Part shown: piece after piece, positions 54,847-64,000 of the stretch
Numbering within the stretch: the first letter of the stretch is position 1
Layout: each line of letters begins with the position of its first letter
Assembly (NCBI GenBank): GCA_964016885.1
Contig: OZ024743.1
Coordinates: 295,368,001-295,432,000, forward strand
Origin: Eledone cirrhosa
Lineage: Eukaryota
Direction: 5' to 3'
DNA length: 64,000 nucleotides
The notes under the pieces: generated by a model
What the model was told of the DNA's origin: nothing
The model's input: only the letters and a program-made list of their open reading frames with translations
The model's database searches: none
Position numbers and translations under genes: made by a program

Positions 54847-56198
54847 AGATCAAAAGATGGTTAAAGGAGTTCCATGTATTTTATTATGCGCATTTCAAAA
54901 ACAAACATCATCATGCAATACTATTTGTGTTTTCATCAGATAAAACAGGAGAACATGATATGAAGGCTAAAAAACACTTGTGGATAGTGCAGTTTTAAAT
55001 CAACATATGAAAAGTGGTTTTAGATTGATGTGTGATATTGGGAAAAAATATTTTATTTAGAGAGGGGGGGTGGAAAGGATGAAAAGGGAAGGAGATGAGA
55101 GGGAGAGATGGGTGATAGAGAGAAAGAGATAGTTTTTATAACTGAGAGGAGATATATTTTTTACATAGAGAGGTTGAAAACCGTTGGAAGATACTGTATA
55201 AATTAAAAATTTTGAAAATTAACGAAGGGAGGATATGTGCGAGGAAAAAATATTTTATTTAGGGAGGGGGGGGGATGAAAAAAAGGGGGAGGAGATGAGA
55301 GTGAAGGTGGAGAGGGAGAGATGGGTGATAGAGAGAAAGAGATAGTTTTTATAACTGAGAAAAAGATATATTGTTTTAACATAGAGAGGTTGGGAACCGT
55401 TGGAAGATAATGTATAAATTAAAGGAATTTGAAAATTAACGAAGGGAAATTATGTATGAATATAGAGAGAAAAAAATAATAATTGTGGATGAATATTCTA
55501 ACGTCAAAAAAAGAAATGTATATATTGTGGCAATTTCAAAATTAACGAAGAGAAAAATTATTAAGGTTTGTGTGTAGAAGGATTTGAGAAAAATAATGTG
55601 AAGTTAAAGTTTGTATATTGGTTGAATTGATAATATATGCGAATAAAGAGTTAATATGTATTAATAATGAGTTCGTTGATGGGGAGAAAAAAATAATAAA
55701 TTAAGGATGAAATTGAGATTAAAAAGATTTATGATAGAGAGAAATAATAATAATGATTGCGGATGAATATTGTATATGTTATGATTTTACAAGGTGAAGA
55801 TAGAATGAGGGTAATGAGTAAACAAGTATTATAGAGTGTATAATGCCCTTTAAAGTAAGGTAGATGGGTATATTTTAAAGAGGTGTATGTATATGTGCCT
55901 TTGAGAAAAGATTCTAAATTGATAAAGAATTGAATATTAACTGTATACTTTGTGAAAAGTTCTATGGAATTTATGCAGGCAGATAGAAAACAAATCTGTG
56001 CGTCTATTTATTATAGAATCTAGGTTAGAGATAATGGTAAATTTTTCATTTAGGCAGAGATTACAGATTTTAGATAGAGAGCTGTTCAAGTATGAGGATG
56101 CAGAAGAAATCTTCTTCCAAAAGATGGTATATTTAATGTTTTTGTCTTTTAAGGACCATATGAGTTCTGAGAGAGCAGTGTTAGTTCTTTTAAGTTTG
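54841..56198 (-). mobile_element. 3' fragment of Naiad family E; HHR at 54877-54946; GIY-YIG tail 55937-56198
   Basis: LKRTNTALSELIWSL..KICNLCLNEKF..HKVYS matches the end of ORF 5924-8323; pLTR match. Confidence 0.92.
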
Positions 56199-56220
56199 TA
56201 TATATATATATATATATATA

Positions 56221-56973
56221 AATATAAGTATGTATACGTACATACATATATGTATACAGACGTACAGTAGTATGTATATATATGTACATACATGCACACA
56301 TATATATATGTACGTATGGATTCACCAAACATTTATTATAATGCTCGGTGTGTTTGTAAACAAACATCCCGTATTAAGCTGTAGTGTCTAGCAACCACCG
56401 TTGCTCGTTTGTTCAACACTGACAAAGGAACGCTGTACTAGTTTCAAGCTTGTTATCTATTCGTCAGCAACGTATACCTTCCTGGCAGGACGTTGAACGT
56501 CCGAAAGTGTATACTTTCCTTATGCATATTAATGGCTGAGTAGCCCAATTTGCATATCGAGTGGGTTAATCGGCCGGGTGCACCGAAAACGATAAACGTT
56601 AAAAATGAAACGAAATTTCATTTCCCACTCTTAGTACGGCTGTTACTTAAATATAAGTATGTGTACGTACATACATATATGTATACAGACGTACAGTAGT
56701 ATGTATATATATATACATACATGCACACATATATATACGTACGTATGGATTCACCAAACATTTATTATAATGCTCGGTGTGTTTGTAAACAAATATCCCG
56801 TATTAAGCCGTTTGGTGAATCCATACGTACATATATATATATGTGTGCATGTATGTATATATATATACATACTACTGTACGTCTGTATACATATATGTAT
56901 GTACGTACACATACTTCTATTTAAGTAACAGCCGTACTAAGAGTGGGAAATGAAATTTCGTTTCATTTTTTCC

Positions 56974-56977
<4 letters not shown>
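56221..56977 (-). mobile_element. Family X variant: 429-bp partial tandem plus fold-back; HHR at 56431-56472
   Basis: aatataagtatg at 56221 and 56650; inverted arm ~56809-56970; cgttg-CTGACGA..GAAAC-ta-GTA-cagcg. Confidence 0.85.
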
Positions 56978-57007
<30 letters not shown>

Positions 57008-57011
<4 letters not shown>

Positions 57012-57132
57012 GTTTCTACTTTTGGCATAAGGCCAGTAATAACCCAAGTGCATTACTGGTAATTTATTTTATCGACCCCGTAAGGATCCCGGCGGGATTT
57101 TATCTCAGAATGCCAAGGGCCGTAACTCTATA
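57008..57132 (-). mobile_element. Truncated tRNA-derived SINE
   Basis: Family match. Confidence 0.75.
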
Positions 57133-57177
57133 TATAATGAAATATCTATAAATGTGTGTGTGAAATATGTATATATG

Positions 57178-57246
<69 letters not shown>

Positions 57247-57283
57247 CGTTTCTGAATTTGGCAACATGACCCTCCGAAAGTAT

Positions 57284-57322
<39 letters not shown>

Positions 57323-57341
57323 CCATTTATTAATATCATTC

Positions 57342-57402
<61 letters not shown>

Positions 57403-59156
57403 AAAATGTTCAAGACCCCGACGGCAGAGCTCAAGCTGTTTTGACGGCTATTTCTGGACTAAATTATATTTTTAGCGTCGTAATAAATAGCCGAATTTTA
57501 CAAGGGGTAATTCCTTATATCGGAAGGTTGTAGTTGTCAAAAGGATTGGTCATAATTTCTTGTAAACACAATTAAATATTTCATGCGATGGGTGGGAGCT
57601 GGTGGTGACAGAACTTGCCTGTAGAACAATGAGGGAGTGGGTGGAGCCGGTCAAGCGTTGAAAGTGAATTATATACAGCAAATTCTAAGGAGTGTGGATG
57701 AAATTAGGCTAGCTAGAAAGCAGGCGAAAAAAGTATTCTGGATGAATCTGAGAGTGGGAAGTTATAGAATTAAAAGGTTAATAGATTGAAATAAAAAAAT
57801 TAAAATATAATAAATAAAAATAATAATAATATTAATAATTAAATAATTAAAAATAATTAAAAAAACTAGAGTCTAAAACAGCTGCCATATATTTATAGCT
57901 GGTATTGCGTTTTCGGCCGATGCTATATACAATTTATTGGGTTGGAGTACTGAGGCTACAAGAGCCCGATGTGCTGCCTCAGGGTAAACGAAAGATGAAA
58001 AAGAAAAGGAAGAGGAGAGGGAGTGGAAGAAATGAGAAAAGAGATAAAGGGAAAAAATAAAAGAAGTACATCTGCCTATGTATGCTGGGGTTTCCCCTAT
58101 CTTGTTCGGCAAGTGGGGAAAAGAAAAATGTTACAGCCATTGTCTACCCACCCGGGTCATGAGGGGGTGTGAGGGCGAGGTAAGTCCTACGCAATTGCTG
58201 TTTACAGGCGGTTACAAGTTTGTCTTTTTTGTTTAGAAGCTGGTCCTTCGTAAACAGCATTTGTATTGTTTCCTCCGAGCATAAGTTATACGAACGGTGT
58301 CCTCCCATGTAGGAGTTAGCCCTGGAAAGTAAGCTCCAAGTAAGATGGTATGTGATGTTATTATCTTGGAGGTCCCAGATGTGGCCCGAAAGTGTAATGG
58401 CATGTCACCGTGCCGGGTTTCTGAACGTATGTCGGTATTGGTAGAGCCGTGTCTTAAAGTCACAAGCGGTTAATACTATATAGGCTTTCTTTGAGTTTTC
58501 CGTCATCACGTTGCATTGGTAGATCGCGTTACGTTCTCGGCATCTGTTGTTGAGGGGGTACGTAGATCTATCAGGGCAGTTACACCTCCTCGTCGGCTCT
58601 CCACTACTGTCTAGGCTGTTTCTTCCATAGGCGTTGAGTTTCTTGTTGTTTGAAGAAGCGATGTTTTGTACGAAGTTGGGTGTGGTGCTGTAGGAGAGTT
58701 TGATAGTTTTTTTCTTGATTATATTGTGGTAGCGGTGTTGTGGTGGAAACTGTTTTACGAGGAGCCAAAAAAATGTTTTCCCGATTGGTGTTGCAACCTC
58801 GGCATTGTGGGGAGAGTTGAACCACGTTACATGGCGTGAGTGGCGGCGTCGCCTGCTGGTTCCGCTAAGGAATATATAAATATATAAGAAATGTATATAT
58901 ATGCAGGGAGTGTAACGGGAAATTATTGTAGGTTCACCTAGGTGAGCACTCGACGTTTAGATTCACGTCTTTAGCGAGGTGTAGAGCTAAAAAAAGTGTA
59001 ATTATAATAATACAAGGACTATTTGTTATGCCTTCATTACGTTTATTTGTTCGTTACGCGCGTTTAGCTATTGATCAGCTCAAGGTTCGATTTGTATCGA
59101 TCTCGACCGACTCTGGAATCAATACCTCGTCGGACCTCTGTTGTTGTAGTGACAGA

Positions 59157-59266
<110 letters not shown>

Positions 59267-59459
59267 TTATTTAGGTTTGTTGGTTTAGCACTGGATAGAA
59301 CTGGGTTCCGTATGGTCAACCACGATGTAATATTGTAGAGAGCACTCAACGTAATGCAACTCACCCGTCTTCGTTTGTGTAGTTGGTCGTACGAGTACGG
59401 AGTTAATTATTATAAAATAACAGGAGGCTAGACTGGTGTAATTCCTTGAAAGGTTTATT

Positions 59460-59517
59460 ATACTATGATCATTTCAATGTTCGGGTTCAGTATGAATGCG
59501 GTGACATTATCAGGTAT
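59460..59517 (-). ncRNA. Degenerate HHR (CTGATAA core)
   Basis: atac-CTGATAA-tgt..aca-GAAAT-GATC-ATA-gtat. Confidence 0.55.
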
Positions 59518-59742
59518 TTGAAATGTAACAAAGGAATATAATAGACAAAACCCATGGGGCTGAAAATCAGAGACATGAGCGCGACCGAACATCTATCAGC
59601 TTCTACCCCGGTCGGTCGCCCCCAAGTGGTGATTATTAATCCTACTTATGTCCATCTATATATATATATATATTTTTTTTTTTTTTAATATAGAAAAGCT
59701 TCTACAGGACTAGAACTGTTTCATTCGTGAGAAATCATTAGG

Positions 59743-59791
59743 GCTTCCTGATGATTTCTCACGAATGAAACAGTTCTAGTCCTGTAGAAGC
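59743..59791 (+). ncRNA. Type I HHR, family C, in palindromic insert 59684-59876
   Basis: gcttc-CTGATGA..GAAACAG..CTGTA-gaagc. Confidence 0.85.
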
Positions 59792-59889
59792 TTTTCTATA
59801 TTAAAACATTTATACCCTGCTATGTATTGAGTACCTTATTTACTGTGGTTACCCCTGATTCAAACCGGAATAACTTATATATATATATA

Positions 59890-60889
59890 CTAGCAGAAGT
59901 GCCCGGCGTTGCTCGGAGTTTAATTGCTTTAAAGTACATTTAATGACTTCACTCAATTATGAATACTGAGGCATTGAAAGTAAATACGGGTAAGTTTGAA
60001 AATATACAACAATAGCATCTACTCACCATATGTCAGACCGGCAAGACTGCAGTGGTGCTGAATAGAGGAGTCACAACACCTCTATGTAGACCACATTTTT
60101 TGTTCTGCCTTTGGGCGCACGTATGAATAAGTTCTGCTTGCATCCCACTCTTGAGCATGCGACGTATAATTGGCCGTGTGATAAGCACGGCTGGGCTAAA
60201 TGCAGGCCTGCCGTTGATAGCGTTTGGCCTTGGGACTTGTTGATTGACATCGCGAAGCAAAGTTTAACGGGGAATCGAAGTCGCCGCAGAGTACAGGGGC
60301 ATTCTGTACCTGATGCAGTTAAAGGTATTCTGGGTATGAAGACGTTTTCTCCAGCGTCGCAGCCCGTGAGAATTGTGGCTTCAATTACATGCGGCAGGAG
60401 GTTTCTTACCACTAACCGTGTTCCGTTGCAGAGACGTGGTGATTCCATGTTCCTCAACAGCATAACTGGAGTCCCAACTTTGACGCGCAATTCATGAAGT
60501 GGCAGTCCAGAGAGGTCCAAGGAATTGAGGAATTCTGTTGGAAAATCGTCAACCTCATCTTTGTCCACCACTTTGTCCACAGATTTCTAGGTACGGAGGT
60601 TTCCAGGAATGCGTTGCAGAGGTCCTCATTATTTTTTGCAACTGAGACATTGTTGGGTGCCAATATGGCTCTATCGCATAGCCAACTCGTGTTTTTGTAG
60701 TTGGTCGCCATATCGGGAAAGACCGAGGCTGTGAGGTCGTCAACATGTCGAAAACGGTGCCTACTTGCGAGACTGCCATTTCTCCAGCTGCATCTGAAGG
60801 TGCAGTGCCGTCACCAACTGTTAAGAGGTCCTTTGAGAAATCGGCTGGTGAGTGGTCGCCGAGCAGTTGGGCTCTCGTGTTTGTTGTGA
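59890..60889 (-). mobile_element. Helitron 3' fragment (helicase C-terminus 60071-60580) with intact hairpin and CTAG
   Basis: Highly similar to 23842-24840. Confidence 0.93.
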
Positions 60890-61436
60890 ACTGAATGTCT
60901 ATATAAGAGCTAAGATATCCCCACAAAATCCCTACCTTAGATATTTCATCGATATATCCCAACATTTAACCCACTCTAATATGAGTATGGGGGAGACAAA
61001 CTTTTTCAAACTATAGCCATCAAATTACGCAGTTTCTGTATAAGAAAATACGTTAAATATCCATTATTTCCTGCAGTGACTACAATGTATAATTTATATG
61101 AAGCATTGTGAGAAATCTAATACATAATAAAGAGAATGTTGTCAAAGCTGCCACAATGCGGATTGAAATAGAAAGATACGACTGTTGTAAAAAGCACGAA
61201 AAGAAGGTCTTTGCTGGAAACGTCATGATATATATAGATGAAAGACATTATATTTTGTTTTGTTCCGTTATCCATTTTACCTCAGTTTTATCTTTGTATT
61301 TCGATCTACATAGTTCATGATTAAGCAACACTTTCTTTGTTATTTATATAAGTATTACCTACATACATACATACATACATACATACATACATACATACAT
61401 ACATACATACATACATACATACATACATACATACGT

Positions 61437-61469
<33 letters not shown>

Positions 61470-61583
61470 GAGAGAGCGAGAGAGAGAGAGAGAGAAGGAG
61501 AGAGAGAGAAAGAAAGAGAGAAAGATGAAATCGAAAATAAACTGGAGTCTTATTTTTAAAAAATATATATATTTATTTGGTTC

Positions 61584-61619
61584 CTTTACCGGTTTCGCAG
61601 TTCTTCTGCTTTTCAAAAG
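61584..61619 (-). ncRNA. Minimal HHR with U3-A8 core
   Basis: ctt-TTGAAAA-gcag-aagaa-ctgc-GAAAC-cg-GTA-aag. Confidence 0.7.
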
Positions 61620-62321
61620 TAGAGTTGAGATGGAGGGTCTGTGGTTTTTCTCACATCTAGTTGGTCTTTGAATGTTACTTGTTTTATATGGAAAAAGGTG
61701 GTTCGAAACGCCAGGTTTTTAGAGAAGTAATTTGATTGGTTGGTCAATAAGTATAATAAATTTCGCGCCAGTTCGCGTTAGAAAGTTCTTCAAACAAGGG
61801 GTGGGGCTCAGGCTGTGATTTCATATATGTGTGTTTGAATTTCTTTTTACTTAAAAAAAGGGGGCTCACGAAGGCTTTTTTTAATTAAATGTAATTTGAT
61901 TGGTTATAAATGAAACCCTGCTCTCACGTGAACAAGTTCATTAAATTTCGCGCCCGTATTTGGGAATTTATTTTGTAGCCTTTTAGAGAATTTTATGACA
62001 AACAAAAGATAATGGTCAAGAGAAATGGGATGGGAGAATTGATCTGGTTCAGTGAATATAGCAGGTTGTTTTTTCATATATGAGTGAAGTTTGGTTGGTT
62101 GATGTAGTCACGTGAATAAGTATATCAGCTTTCTCGTATTTGTTTGAATTTCTTTCTACTTTAAAAAAAGTGGCTCACGAAGGCTTTTTTTAAATAAATA
62201 TAATTTGATTGGTTATAAATAAAATCATGACTGTCACGTGAACAAGTTCATTAAATTTTGCGCCCGTATTTGGGAATTTATTTTGTAGCCTTTTAGAGAA
62301 TTTTATGACAAGCAAAAGATA

Positions 62322-62506
62322 ATTGTTTCTACTTTAGGCACAAGGCCAGCAATTAACCAGTGCATTACTGGTACTTTATTTTATCGACCCCGTAATGATA
62401 AAAGACAAAGTTAACCTCGGCGGGATTTGAACTCAGAATGGCAAGGGCCGAAACTCTATGCGTCAAAGCATGGCGTCCAAATCTCTACCGATACTGCCAA
62501 TCCATC
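62322..62506 (-). mobile_element. tRNA-derived SINE with ~17-bp TSD
   Basis: gacaa(g/a)caaaagataat at 62307 and 62507. Confidence 0.88.
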
Positions 62507-64000
62507 GACAAACAAAAGATAATGGTCAAGAGAAATGGGATGGGAGAATTGTTCTGGTTCAGTGAATATGGTTGGTTCGCTGAGGTGTCAGAATTCAGAT
62601 TTTCTATTGAAATAAAGAAAGTAAAGATATGTATGATTATTTGTTTGCTTGTGTGTGTGTGTGTAGGAAGATGATTCTATTAGTAGAAATGGGGGAGGGA
62701 GTTGTGTGTGTGTATATAAGGATGTTATGAGTGTGTGTGGGAGTATGTTAAGATGGAGAGAATATATATATTTTGTGTGTGTGTATATGTGTGTAGGAAA
62801 GTGATTCTATTAGTAGAAATGGGGGAGGGAGTTGTGTGTGTGTGTGGGGGGGGGGTTATGTGTGTGTATGGGTGTTATGTGTGTGGGGGAATATGGTTAG
62901 CATGTTAAGATAAAGAGAATATATATATATATAGTGTGTGTGTGTGTGTGTAGGAAAATTATTCCGTTAGTAGGAATATTTTTGAATGAACATATTTTAC
63001 TTACTTATTCGTATTTGTTCTGTTGTATTGTCAGCGCAAACTTATGTTAAGGTTTATTTAGCTCGAGTTTTTATTTTCTAAAGTAGAAGGTATGTGTGTG
63101 TGTATGTGTCTGTTTGGATGGTTAGCATGTTATGGATCTTGACATAATGTATATTAAACCATATTTAATGCTGGTCTATATTTTTGAATAAACATATTTT
63201 CCTTATTTATTCGTATTTGTTCTGTTGTATTGTCAGCGCAAAGGTAAAATGGGAAGACTTGGAGTTTGAGTGTCTTATTACTTGCGCATATGTCTAGATG
63301 TGCGCCTAGTGGTATCTCTCTCGTGGTTGGAACTCGTAATTGTTGGCGATGAACTGTCATTCTGTTTTTGAGTGTGAGTTTAGTTTGTCCTATATAATCT
63401 TCATTGCATCCTTTACATTTAATGGCATAAATTAGATTTTTTGATGAGCAAGTGAAGTGATTTTTTACGGCAAAATTTAGTCCTGATTTAAATGTATACG
63501 TGTTGCCTCCAATGAGGTGAGTGCAGGTACCACAATTAGAGTGACCACATTTTTTGACAGTTGGTTGTGGGTTTGTGGTAGGTAATTTAGCATTGGTGAG
63601 TAATGTTTTCAGTGATTTCGGTTGTCTTTTGCTTTTGATTATTGTGTTTCAAGGGCTTTTTTCATTCTTGGGTCTTGTTTCAGTAGTGGGACGTTCTTGG
63701 GAACAGTGTTGTAAGTTTCCGCATTTCTTGGGTTGTGTGTTGAGATATATGATAGAATATTGGACGTACCTTGAATTTGTTTCTGTTTTCGTAATTCATC
63801 AATGCCTATTGCATTAGCCCTTTCTATTCCATTATTTATTAGTAATGATGGGTACTCTCTTTCGAGTAGAATTTCCTTTAATTCTTGAAGTCTTTTATTT
63901 CGCATTTCATAATTGGAGACAATTGTGAAAATTCTTCTTGCTAGATTAAAAGGAATGTTCGTCTTCGTGTGCTTTGGATGGTTGGAGATGAATAGCAGGT

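Larger units (their letters stand above)
61575..64000 (-). mobile_element. Neptune-like PLE running off the window: RT thumb, Cys linker, GIY-YIG (63154-64000, frameshifted), long 3'UTR
   Basis: SNHPKHTKTNIPFNLARRI; KKCGHSNCGTC; TCSSKNLIYAIKCKGCNEDYIGQT..NRMTVHR; 3'UTR duplication 61830-62060 vs 62150-62570. Confidence 0.9.

Overview
AT-rich, repeat-saturated eukaryotic DNA. The recurrent tRNA-derived SINE and the (TA)n/(CA)n landscape point to an octopod cephalopod (inference). No host gene can be supported, and most tracked ORFs are microsatellite translations. Transposable elements: at least six Penelope-like retroelement (PLE) coding remnants, including two near-complete Naiad-like RT+GIY-YIG ORFs (5924-8323, 48831-50930); a full-length decayed Helitron, a 3' Helitron fragment and a head-to-tail dimer of non-autonomous Helitrons; an internally deleted DD37D (maT) Tc1/mariner; CR1/L2-like and RTE LINE fragments; SINEs; and a hAT-like MITE. 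The main signal, read by eye, is about 35 type I hammerhead ribozyme (HHR) motifs from about 18 unrelated sequence families, nearly all in inserts nested in (TA)n tracts and often with a fold-back 5' end. Two families are ORF-less tandem repeats with one HHR per monomer (~630 bp and ~430-480 bp), resembling non-LTR retrozymes that could yield circular RNAs and borrow PLE RT. Several families show compensatory stem changes or non-canonical cores (CCGANGA, UUGAAAA). Structures were paired by hand, no folding or database search was run, and coordinates are approximate to a few bases.
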